Source: Rhizaria sp. SCN 62-66
Lineage: Eukaryota
Assembly (NCBI GenBank): GCA_001724265.1
Contig: MEDY01000159.1
Span: 1-59,563 of the forward strand
Direction: 5' to 3'
DNA: 59,563 nucleotides
Shown: one piece after another, positions 1 to 10,223 of the stretch
How positions within the stretch are numbered: position 1 is the stretch's first letter
Layout of the letters: every line of letters begins with the position of its first letter
Notes under the pieces: generated by a model
Database searches by the model: none
What the model was told of the DNA's origin: nothing
Seen by the model: the letters and a program-made list of their open reading frames with translations, nothing else
Translations under genes and position numbers: made by a program

Positions 1-195
1 ATTTAACGGATGTTTGGCAAAGTTGTATGGATATTTAAAACCGCCCCTTCCAGGCGCGTTTTTGCGTTTTTCATAAACCTCTACATCAGGGGTACGTAAT
101 ATCTTTCTTTGAGGGTTTCGCATGCTTCGCCTCAGTGCCCACAGTCGCCAGGTCGTCACCTGGTTAGTGCAATTTCTGCCTCCTCCAAGCTGACG

Positions 196-1275
196 ATGGG
201 GTCGAAGCGTGCTGTGAGTGCACGCAATGAAATCTGGGTCAGTAGCATGACTAAAAAATTTACCCGCTTCCTCAAATTCACTGATGAGGAAATGCCCAAG
301 AGTCTGACCAAGAACGGCGAGACACCTGTGACTCTCGCCGCTGAAGAAGCCCGGGCGTGCCGGTGGCTGATGTCCCATTTCAGCCCTGACCTTAGCAGCG
401 AGATCACGAGGACTTTCGCTGCGGCCAATAAGACAACAACATCTAAAAAGTTTTCGACGAAGGAGGCCTGGATCTGCTACCACATCGTGTTCTAGACGCA
501 GTTTACCAAGGAAGTGTCGGAAGCGAATGAGAAACTTCTCAATTTCACCTCCAACGGCCTGAGAACCGTCGAGCAGCACTTCCGCGACTTCGAAGACCTG
601 GTCCAGATGGTCCAGATTACCAACCCGGCCACACTGAACAAAATGTATCTTGACTCGCTTCCCGACGACATCGCAGTCACCCTCCCGCTCTACATTTCGT
701 CCCTTCTTGATGTGGTCGTCGCGCCCGATCACGCGACGGTCAACGGCCACAACAGCACGATCAACCGCAGCAGTGTCACTGTTCCTTTTCCGCCAGCGAA
801 CACCGCTGTCTCCGGCACCAGCGCTCCGCAAGATACTCCAGCTTCTTCTAAGTCCTCCTCGTCTTCTTCTTCTCGCTCTTCCTCCTCTGTTTCCAGCTCA
901 TCTATTTCTTCTTCGTGTGATGCCGACTCAGTCGACACCGACTGGGAGTCGTTCCCGATGTGCCCTTACCGCCGCCACAAGCATGTCACCGCCGCGCTTG
1001 AGCAGTCTGACATCTTCAAGATGAACCGCTTCATCAAGGTATTGCTGGCCGCTTCGAAGCAGATCTACCTTCCGGCTAAGAAGCAGGTGAATCAGGCCTT
1101 CTACACGGCTTCGCCAAGCAACTCTGACGAGAACGCCAACCAGCAGCGCTCCAGTGCTCACACTGGCAATTCGTCCGGAGCGGTTATTGCTTTGTCTGCG
1201 GCAAGCGTGGTCATCGTGCCCCAGCCTGCCCAAACAAAGCCAAGCCCCAGAATGAGATGTATACGAAGGCCATAA
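196..1275 (+). CDS. Hypothetical protein (~359 aa) with one in-frame TAG at 493-495 read as sense
   Basis: Track ORFs 109..495 and 514..1275 share a frame and are separated only by TAG (TTC TAG ACG CAG TTT). First ATG at 196, ends TAA. Contains a Ser-rich tract; no family recognised. Confidence 0.6.
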
Positions 1276-1326
1276 TATGAAGCAGCCTCGCAACGCGATA
1301 GAACCGTCGTAAACTTAATCAGAGCT

Positions 1327-3765
1327 TTAATCGTGAGGCGCAAAACCTTGATATGAAGCCGTCACCTTCGCCGAGCAGTGCCCAACATGACACGACTAAG
1401 CCTTGCAGCGCGTCACAAAGCACTTGAGCAGAGCTGCATCAAACGGCTCCTCTCCCGCATCGTGATTTGCCGACGCTCTGTCAACGACCGACGACGTCAC
1501 GCGGCCGACGGGCACTGCGCCGCGCAGCAGGCTCGCACGGCACGGCTTGAAGACGATGAACCATGGCGTTGAGCATCGAACAGTTTTGGTCACTGTCCAG
1601 TCAGGAACAACGGTGTCGGGGTACATCAGCACCGTTCCTACAGGGTGCACTGCAGTTTCATCGATAGCGGCGGCAGTGTACTCGCCGTAAAGGAGGTCGC
1701 AGTCTGGCAGCGCCAGAGGCGCAGTGGCGCACGAGAGATTAAAGCTCTTCGATTTGATATGAAAGAACGTGACAAACGACAGCGGTGCGTCTGAATCCTG
1801 TTCCGGGGGCAGGAAACACGTGTGAAGCTGCATACCAAGCTCTAACCTCGCCGAAGCGCGAAAGTGTGCAGCGTTGCAGGGAAACTTATCATCGTTAAGA
1901 CGAATTTTCATGGTATACTCAGCTTGCAGCGCCGGGCCATTGTATACACGCAGCCCAATTAGAGCGTCTGACTTCGTGTGCGCACCCGCCAGTTTCTCTG
2001 GAGCGCAGATCAGGATGCGTTCGCGTGCCCTAGCCTGCAATAGAGCCACAGTGGCAGGCGAAGGCGCATCGTAAGACTGCGGAGAACCAGCATTTCGCAT
2101 CCCCACACGATTGAGTGCAAGTCGCGTCGCGTAGCAGCTGTGTTCTAAACTCTTTTCCAGATGAACATTCAATGCAGTCTGCCAGTCTTTGTGCGCCTGT
2201 AGAAACGCACGTGAGTCTGCGATCGTCAATTGAAGCAACTCTTCGGTTGGAGCCGAGCCAGACCTCATGACGCCCATGTTTTCAAGCAATTGATACAGCT
2301 GTGTAAGTTCAAACATTGATGATTCCTTGTCATTCTTCTGCATGCAGTCATCGTACCAGAGCAGCTCGAGTGCTTGCGGCCCGCGACAAGCAACAAACTC
2401 GGTCGCGAATTGGCCCGGTGGCGCTGCGTTAATGCCTCCAACTGCAGCGTCTGCTGAGCTGTTGCTGGCTAGCGCGCGGAACACACGTAACAGACGCGCC
2501 GTGTGGTATGGGATTATCGCCTTGCCACTTGAATAAGCAGTCAGGAAGAACCGCAAGAATGTACAACAAGTCCTGACCGCGCCACTCAAGAGCATATGTT
2601 GCGCAGCGCGTGTCACGTCAGAGGCTGTGCATAACACTTTTTCAAGTAGAATTACTGTGTTGAAGATCAAGTTGTGAGCGGTCATCAGGACACGCTCGAT
2701 GAAGTGATCCTTGATGTACCTTATAATACGCGCAAATGCACCGATGAGTAAGTCATGTTGGACAAGTCCGGGCATATTTTTAGTGAACGCAACAAAAAGA
2801 GACAAATAATTGCCCAGTTTTCCCATGTTATACGCTTCATCAGCCTGAATATCAGCGAGAATGCGCTCAACACGAGGGGTTGTGATCGCACCGGACGATG
2901 CTGCATCGTCGAGTATCAACAGAAACTAATACAACTGCATGATGCCGGAGGCACCCTGAATATCAAACAAGATATCAAAATCAGAACTTGAAGCAAACTC
3001 AGCAAGATCACTCTTGCGCCGGGCCTTATCCGCGTTCTGTGCATCAGCGGCGTCGCTGTCACTCCGAGAATTGCAAAACATGGTTAGTAAACGAGCATAG
3101 ACCGCCGTTCGAATAGTTTGGGCGTCACGACTGAGTCCCGGGAAGCGCCGGAGGACGCTGCGCAGCAACGGCACAGCGGCGGCCATGGTCGAGTACGGTA
3201 ACATGGGCTTCGTGTCGTCGCCCGCGCACAGTGCATCCACAGCCTGGATAAGAACGTTGTAGTAATGAAAGCCATCGCCGGTTGCCAATGGCGGTACTGG
3301 CTCCTGCTGATCCTGTTCTGCCTCATGCTAACGCATATGCGACAGCAGGAGCGCAAAGGCAGTACGCCTATCGTGCTCTGATGGAAGCGACGAGTTGCGA
3401 GAAACGGTCGTCACGAGCTCGAGAGCAGCTGTAGTCAACATGAGCGGTAAGGAAGGAAGTAACAACAGACTGACCAGCTTGTTAACTGCGCCGTATGTAG
3501 CAAGCAAATTGCTGCCCCCAGTATAGGTGGCAATCTGCCTGAAGATTGAGACAATGAGCCTGAGCTCGGTTGCATCAACACCGGCGAATGTAGGTCGCAC
3601 AAGCAATTGCATAAGCAATTCTACAACCCCACTGTCATTGAGCAAGTCAATCCTTGGTTGAAAGACAAAGTTGTCGTTTAGTTCGACCAAGGCGGAATGA
3701 TTAGGCGACAGGTCTTTGATGGAACTCAACACTGCGTGCAGGTCTGCGATCGTGCGGATCGGCAT
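1327..3765 (-). CDS. Hypothetical armadillo/HEAT-like helical protein (~812 aa) with a C-terminal Cys/His cluster and three in-frame TAGs
   Basis: Track ORFs 3328..3777, 2926..3288 and 1396..2919 are all one frame, each ending in TAG (3330-3328, 2928-2926, 1398-1396). Reading through gives ATG 3765 to TAA 1329-1327. ARM-like segments: GVVELLMQLLV, GAVNKLVSLLL, GAVRTCCTFL. Confidence 0.65.
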
Positions 3766-4513
3766 TGCGTCTAGCAAGACACAACAAAGGTCAAAGCAAG
3801 AACGGATAACACAAGCGCAACTCTTGTTCTTACATGTGGGGGGCGTAACTTCGCTTCCACAAACTCTTTGCGAGCTGATATTCAGAAAATCATTGACGAA
3901 AGGTAAAGGAGGGGTGAGCGACGTAGTCCCTTCTTTTCAAATAGATATATGAGGCATCTAGGAATATACATCTGAAATACGATACTCTTTGTTCTGTCAT
4001 GTGAACAGAATATTCATGGCAAAAACAACGGAGCCCGAATATCCTTCATTTCGAAGTTCGAAGGAGAGTCAAGAGCGCTTCGACCACAAAAACTTTTCGC
4101 GCACCATGGTTACAGTTATTCATCATCAAGTACAGCATGTGACACACAAACCTTCTTCAAAACACTGCACATGCTGTCTGCAAATGCATGTTTATGGTAT
4201 ACATGTAGGGTTCTCATCGAAACCGCGTTATCCCTTGTTGATCTTTAAGTTGTAACTCTACAGTAAGACGCTCAACCAACAAGTCCGCAGCTTTGACAAC
4301 GTCAATTACCAATTATAGGCATCAATCCACGAACAAAACTATGTATGTACTTGTTATTATATATACTAGATACACCAGCTATATATTAGATTTGAAAATG
4401 GATGTTGTCAAACGACTCTGTAAGCTCAAATAAACGCACTTCCAATTGATACGAGCTGGACCTGCGTGGTATGCACTTAATCGCAGTGTGTTGACGACTT
4501 TTTCCATGTTTTG

Positions 4514-7500
4514 TCACTGCAGCAGCGCGGCGTATGCGTCCGCCGCAGCGCGGCACGTCTCAATCGCCTCGACGATGTCGCCTTGTTCGCAGCCGTAGCG
4601 CTGGTACCAGTGCATGTAGGCGCCGCGCTGCAGCATCGCCTCAGCCTTGTGCGCCGAGTGCAGCAGCGCCAGCGCCGCGCGCCCGCGGTTGATGCCCACG
4701 GTGACCGAGCGGCCGATGTCCGGCGCCACGGCCGCAGATATCACACCCGCCTCGCCACCGCCGCCGCCGCCGCCGCCGCCGCTACTACTGATGCTGACTG
4801 CGCCGCCGCGCCTGCCCTTGACGCCGCCGCTGCTATTGAGCGACACGGCGGGCCCGCGCATCAACCGGCTGCCCGTAACGCCGCTGCCGCCATACCCTAG
4901 CCCCGCGCCCGCGCCCGCGCCTGCGCCCGAGCCGGAGCTCGAGCTGGAGGGGTTCGGGGTGGGGTCCACCCGGAGCCGGTAAGCGCTGAGCGAAGGGCCC
5001 GGCGCGCCCAGCAGCAGCAGCGGCGCCGGGTGCCAGCCGGGCAGCAGCCCCCCAGCCGCGCCGCCCGCGCCCACGCTCGCATTCGCAGCAGCAGCAACGG
5101 CGCCGGCGCCGGCGCCAGCGGCAGCGGCGGAGGGTGCGTAGCCGCAGAAGCGCGAGAGGGCGGCCTGCAGCGTGGCGGCGTCGGGCGGCGATAGGAACGC
5201 GTTGCGGCCTGACGCGAGCTGGCCGTAAGCAACGGAGAACCCGCGGGCCGCAGCGGAGTGACCGTGAACGGGGCGGCCGGGGGTGGGCTGGAGCTGCGGC
5301 AGCGGCCAGTGCGCGGGCAGAGGGACGGGGATAGGCGCGCCAGGGTCGGACGGGTGCCAACGCATCGCGAACGCCAGCCCAGCCGCCGCCGCAGCAGCAG
5401 CATGCACGCTCGCACTTGCACTGCTGGTGCGGCCCCTGCCTGTGCTCACGCTTGCGTTCACGTCGGGCATAGAGAGGCCGTGGCAGATGGCGGCGACGGC
5501 GAGCGTTTTGGCGTAGATGTTCCCCGCGTCGGGGTTGACCGCGCTGCCGGCGCCCACGCTCACCCACGACGACCCGCTGAGGACCCCCTTAGAGACTTGC
5601 GGCGTGGAGCCTGTGTTGTAGTACGGGGTGATGGATGCGAGGCCGTCGTCGGCATACCCGTAGTTGCTGTAGTAACGCCCCCGGTTCCGGCCGCCTCCCA
5701 TCCCAACAGCAACGCCGCGACTGAAACCGCTGCCGGCGCCCGTGTTTGCGCCCGTATTGGTGAGACGAGAAGGGGCAGCGAACGCGGAGCTCCCGTAAGC
5801 GTCGCGCAACCGCCAAGGATCCCCCGCCTCGTCCATAGTAGCGCTCGCGGGGTGCGCCGTCATGGCGTTGTAGCTGTCGAGGGCAGAGTTCCACAGGCCT
5901 CCCGCCCCCGAGGCGCGCGCGACAGCCTGCGCCGCCAGCAACGACGTCTTCTGCTCTTGCTGCTGCTGCTGCTGCTGCTGTTGATGGTCTTGGGACGAGC
6001 CGAGGCGGGCTAAGTTGTACACAGAAGGAGCAGACGTGACGAGGTCGCCGCGGCGCGTCATGAATAGCCCTTTACCCACCTGCTTGAGCCCCTTAGACGA
6101 CGACGACGACGACGAAGAGGAGAAGGAAGACAGCGACGCGGAGTCGCCGGACAGGGGTGGCATGTCAGCGCTCACGGCCGTGTAGGCGGGCAGCGTCCGG
6201 GGCAGCAGGCGTGACATTGCGTCACAGTGGCCGCTCCACTCGCCGTTAAGCACGCGGCCTAGCGTGCCGCTCACACCGCCCTGCTGCGATGTAAGGGCCT
6301 GCGACGTAAGGGCCGCGAGCCCGGCCGTGGACCAGATCTCGAACAACGGCGCGGCCGGGCTGGGGATCAAGTGGCTCAGCATGGCGTCTAAGTGGGACTT
6401 GAACGAGGTACTTACATGCCCCGCGGCCGACACGATGCCCGCCAGCGCCGCGCTGTTGTTGTTCTGCACGTTGAAGACCGAGGACCAGTGGTCGAGCTGC
6501 GCGTTCGGCGTCACGACCGGCGACCGCGACGCGAGTTGGGCTGCGAGCGACTGCAGCGACGCAACCGCCACGGAGCCGCCACCACCAGTGTTGCTAGCAA
6601 AGTTGCTGTAGGCTGCAGACGACGTAGTGGTTGCAGGTAAGATGAAATCGATGAACGATGTCGCAAAGTAGCGGTTCACAGCCCCCCACGCACCCAAACT
6701 ACTGTGACTGTTCGTACTCATGCTCGCAGCGTTCGCAGCCGAGACGTTAGCGTTGGCGTTGTTGCTATTGTTCGCGGAGAGCGCGAGCGTCATGGCGTCG
6801 TGGTTCGAGCACTGCCACACCGCGTCAGAGCTGCCCAGCACGGCCTGCATGCTTAGCACTGTGTTGTAGTACTGCAGAATGACCTCCCCGCCGAGCCCGA
6901 AGCCCAGCCCCGTGTTGCCGGCCTCGCCGCCCTCGCCGGCGCCGGTGCCCATGATCGGCGTCACTGCGCCGGTCACAATGCGCAGCTTCGAGCCGAAGTG
7001 GTCGCGGCACGCCTCGTGCAGGCGCGAGCCGAGTCCGGACCCCGTGCCGCCACCGGTCGAGTGCAGCAGCAGCAGCGAGCTCACGCGCGCGTCCCCCGCC
7101 GCGTCACTATACGGGGACGCCGGGTCTGCGCGCTCGAGCTGCAGCCGGATCGCGTTGAGCGCGCGGCGCGACAGGGGCCCGGAGTCAGAGTCTGGACCGT
7201 CGCCAGCGTTGTTGCTGTTAAACACGGAGCCGGTGGCGCGGCTGCGAGTCCGCGTCCGCGCGACCCGCGGGTTCCCGCCGCCGTAACTGTTGCGGGGGCG
7301 CGCATTCAGCGCTGCGTGCACAATGTCATCTCCCCACAACGCCGCGCCGTCGCCGCTCACCAGCGCGGCCGCTGCGGCCGCGGTCGCCGCAGCCGCGCCG
7401 CTGCCCTCAGCGGTCACGGCCGCTGTGGCGGCGGCAGAGGCCGCGAGTGCGAGCGCAACGAAGTCAGCGTCGGGGTTGATCGGGTCCACAGCGTCGCTGT

Positions 7501-9658
7501 ACAGCGAGTCCAGGGATGTTTCGGTGGGCAGCGAGTAGCTTCCGAACCGGGGCTGCGCAGCGACAGGTGCATTATGAAACGCAGCCGGAGCGGCGACGTA
7601 CGCACTGGAACGCTTAGCCTGGTCTTTGCGGGCAGCTCGCGTCGCCCGATACCGGTCGTAGCTGCTGCGGCCATGGCTGTCATAGCTCGCACTCGCGCCT
7701 GTATTCGAGCTGGGGCCGAAGACGGCAGAGGTCGCGCCAGCAGCGGCTGCGGCGACGAGGCTCGCACTACGCACGGGCGCTCCGCGCTCTCCGCCGCCGC
7801 GCTTGCCGGGGTGTTGCTGCAGCAGCTCGTCACCACAGTTACTGTCGCCGCCGTCGCCGTCGCCGCCGTCCTCGCGGAGGCCGCCGACCGCGCCGCGGCC
7901 CGTGGGCCCCGTCTCAGTCGAGAACGCCTCCGTGTGGGCGACGGCGGCGCTGCCATCACCGGCGCCGGCCTGGTGACCGTGGGCAGCGGCCGAGGGGCGG
8001 GGCAGCGCGCGGCCGCGGGACGTCGCGGGGTAGTACACGTTGAGGTACTGCTCGTTGGGCTGCGGCGTGTGGCCGCGCACGCCATATCGATGACCGGCTA
8101 AGGGGGCGCCTGGACCGCCGCAGGTGCATTTGGCCGGCCCATCTTTGCCTGGTCTCGCGTTGGGCTGATTCGTGTTGGTTGCAATGAGTTGCTGCTGCAG
8201 AAGACGGTTTTCACCGCGCTTCGCCGTCCCAACCCTCTTGATGCCACCGGAGCTCACCGCGGCTATCGCGTCCGCGTCACCAGCGGAGCGAGCACACTCG
8301 GGATTCTCGTCGTTGGCTTCGCTGGCAAGCATGCTGCGGAACGCGCTGTGGTCGTGAGCAGCCGCAGGGGCGGCCTGGTTTGCCGTGCGACTGAGACCGT
8401 GGTCGTGGCTGTGGCTGTAACCTTGACGCGCACCCGCAGTTGCAGGGGAGGCGGCAGCAGCTGCGGCTGCAGCCAATGCAGCCGTTGTCGCTGAATCTGG
8501 CAGCAAATACAAAGGCTCGCCTCGGGAGTTCAGCACAACAGAGCCAGACACAATGGGCCTGGCGGTGATTGCCCCGCGCGCGAACTTTGCGTTGACACTG
8601 TAAAACGGGTCATCATCGACGGCTGCAGCAGTCGTGTTGTTCGAAACAGCGACCGCAAGCGCAGTGACGAAGCTGGCGGGGGCAAGCACGGGCGGCTCCA
8701 AGTCTAAACAGTAGCCAACAGTCGCGTTCGCAGGAGAGATGCCGTTACCCTTGCTTTTTTTAAGCTTGTCTGCAGTCACGGTTGTGTCGTAGGTGATGAG
8801 AGAAGTTTGCGACGCCAATGGGCACCCATTCCTATGCTGTACTTGCTCCCCTTGCCCGTCCAGATCTAAGCGTGAAGCCGGTCGATCAGAGTCCCCCGCG
8901 TTCTTGTTTATGTTTGTGTTGCTCCTGCTGCCGCCGCCTTGGTTGCGCAACCGCGCGGCGCCGCCGTAGTACCCCATGGCCCAGTTGTTGCCGCGCCCGC
9001 ACTGCTCAAACACCACGTTCGCGAACGGGCTCCTGCTGTGGCCCATCGCGCTCGCGCTCGCGCTCTTACCGAGCCCGCCGATACCCGCGCCGCTGCCGCC
9101 GCTGCCGCCGCCGAAGCCGTACGTGTCGGCCGGCATCAGCAGGTGGCCACCGGGCTTGTAGAGGATAGTGTAGGCGGCAGCAGCGGCAGCAGCAGCAGCA
9201 GCAGCAGGGGGGTTGTTGCTAAGACTGCTATTCGCACCAGATTTACTGCTGCTTGCGGTGTTGTCGCCGTCGCCGTGCTCGCGGTTGCCGTCATGGTCGT
9301 ACTCTGAGTTGGCATCGCCCGCAGCGCCCCCGCGGCCGGCGGTGCCCGGACGCTGCGGGCGGACGAAGCCCCGCTCCGGGCCGGGTCGCGGGCGCGAGCG
9401 GAGCACGGCGGGGCGCGCGAACCGGCCGAACGTGGCCGCGACGGCCGCCACAACCTTGGGCTCGCTGTCCACAACAACCACGCGCGCGGTGCCGTCGTCG
9501 TTGAAGAAGGCGTCGCGCGCGGCGGCCCAGTGGGCCACGCTGGAGAATGCTGGCCGTAGCGCGGGCGGCAGCAGCGACGGGTCGGAGAGGGAGAGCAGCT
9601 GCGTCCAGAGCTCGAGGCCCAGCTGGTTGCCGCACTGGCCAATCTGGACAGTAATCAT
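4514..9658 (-). CDS. Zeta(eta)-tubulin (delta/zeta group), 1714 aa with very large low-complexity insertions
   Basis: Tubulin motifs in order: MITVQIGQCGNQLG, VVDSEPKVV, GRGNNWAMGY, HSTGGGTGSGLGS, EVILQYYNTVL, AYMHWYQRYGCE. DSEPK, GRGNNW and HWY fit zeta better than delta (DMEPK, GSGNNW, HQY) as I recall the families. Single open frame ending TGA. Confidence 0.8.
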   Translation of the reverse strand: MITVQIGQCGNQLGLELWTQLLSLSDPSLLPPALRPAFSSVAHWAAARDAFFNDDGTARVVVVDSEPKVVAAVAATFGRFARPAVLRSRPRPGPERGFVRPQRPGTAGRGGAAGDANSEYDHDGNREHGDGDNTASSSKSGANSSLSNNPPAAAAAAAAAAAYTILYKPGGHLLMPADTYGFGGGSGGSGAGIGGLGKSASASAMGHSRSPFANVVFEQCGRGNNWAMGYYGGAARLRNQGGGSRSNTNINKNAGDSDRPASRLDLDGQGEQVQHRNGCPLASQTSLITYDTTVTADKLKKSKGNGISPANATVGYCLDLEPPVLAPASFVTALAVAVSNNTTAAAVDDDPFYSVNAKFARGAITARPIVSGSVVLNSRGEPLYLLPDSATTAALAAAAAAAASPATAGARQGYSHSHDHGLSRTANQAAPAAAHDHSAFRSMLASEANDENPECARSAGDADAIAAVSSGGIKRVGTAKRGENRLLQQQLIATNTNQPNARPGKDGPAKCTCGGPGAPLAGHRYGVRGHTPQPNEQYLNVYYPATSRGRALPRPSAAAHGHQAGAGDGSAAVAHTEAFSTETGPTGRGAVGGLREDGGDGDGGDSNCGDELLQQHPGKRGGGERGAPVRSASLVAAAAAGATSAVFGPSSNTGASASYDSHGRSSYDRYRATRAARKDQAKRSSAYVAAPAAFHNAPVAAQPRFGSYSLPTETSLDSLYSDAVDPINPDADFVALALAASAAATAAVTAEGSGAAAATAAAAAALVSGDGAALWGDDIVHAALNARPRNSYGGGNPRVARTRTRSRATGSVFNSNNAGDGPDSDSGPLSRRALNAIRLQLERADPASPYSDAAGDARVSSLLLLHSTGGGTGSGLGSRLHEACRDHFGSKLRIVTGAVTPIMGTGAGEGGEAGNTGLGFGLGGEVILQYYNTVLSMQAVLGSSDAVWQCSNHDAMTLALSANNSNNANANVSAANAASMSTNSHSSLGAWGAVNRYFATSFIDFILPATTTSSAAYSNFASNTGGGGSVAVASLQSLAAQLASRSPVVTPNAQLDHWSSVFNVQNNNSAALAGIVSAAGHVSTSFKSHLDAMLSHLIPSPAAPLFEIWSTAGLAALTSQALTSQQGGVSGTLGRVLNGEWSGHCDAMSRLLPRTLPAYTAVSADMPPLSGDSASLSSFSSSSSSSSSKGLKQVGKGLFMTRRGDLVTSAPSVYNLARLGSSQDHQQQQQQQQQEQKTSLLAAQAVARASGAGGLWNSALDSYNAMTAHPASATMDEAGDPWRLRDAYGSSAFAAPSRLTNTGANTGAGSGFSRGVAVGMGGGRNRGRYYSNYGYADDGLASITPYYNTGSTPQVSKGVLSGSSWVSVGAGSAVNPDAGNIYAKTLAVAAICHGLSMPDVNASVSTGRGRTSSASASVHAAAAAAAGLAFAMRWHPSDPGAPIPVPLPAHWPLPQLQPTPGRPVHGHSAAARGFSVAYGQLASGRNAFLSPPDAATLQAALSRFCGYAPSAAAAGAGAGAVAAAANASVGAGGAAGGLLPGWHPAPLLLLGAPGPSLSAYRLRVDPTPNPSSSSSGSGAGAGAGAGLGYGGSGVTGSRLMRGPAVSLNSSGGVKGRRGGAVSISSSGGGGGGGGGEAGVISAAVAPDIGRSVTVGINRGRAALALLHSAHKAEAMLQRGAYMHWYQRYGCEQGDIVEAIETCRAAADAYAALLQ

Positions 9659-10223
9659 GGGCCCGGGCGGCGCTGCGGAGACCGGTGCGGAGCGTCCCTG
9701 GGGACCAGGATGCTGGCTTGGCGAAAGGAGAGGAGCGAAGTTAAGAAGAGCTGTGGGGAAGGAGTGGAGACAGACGTGAGGATATGAACAGGTTTCGAGT
9801 TAAGGTTGCAAATTTCCAAATAGTGATCAATGCACGCAATACACCATACCTCGGATCCAACATTGATAATCCAGCTGACGGATGTCTGAAAGTGTGGTGT
9901 ATCATGTTCGAATGTCGTTAAAGCACCGACTGTGGGGCACCACCAGCCGCAGGCCATCTGGTCCGACAAGTTGGTCTCACAAAACACAAAACAGGGGCAC
10001 ACACGAACGTCAAATTCAATTTCTATAGCGCATCCTGGACTGAAGATGGAGTTTGCAGTGTTATATTTTAACAGCACTTTGAAAAACTACTATATTCAAG
10101 CTCATATTCTCACTGATTCATCTCACCCCTTTCGCGCAGCCCCACAGCCCTCTAGCTCTCTCCCCAAGCACTCCACCGAGTCAGCATCTAAGTTTCTCAG
10201 CCACTCTCTTTATCCGCGCGCCA

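Noticed and set aside
3771-3833. Possible 63-nt intron (GTAAGA...TTGCTAG, minus strand) just upstream of ATG 3765
   Set aside because: Much shorter than the other introns and adds no upstream in-frame ATG. At most a 5'UTR intron, and it cannot be verified here.
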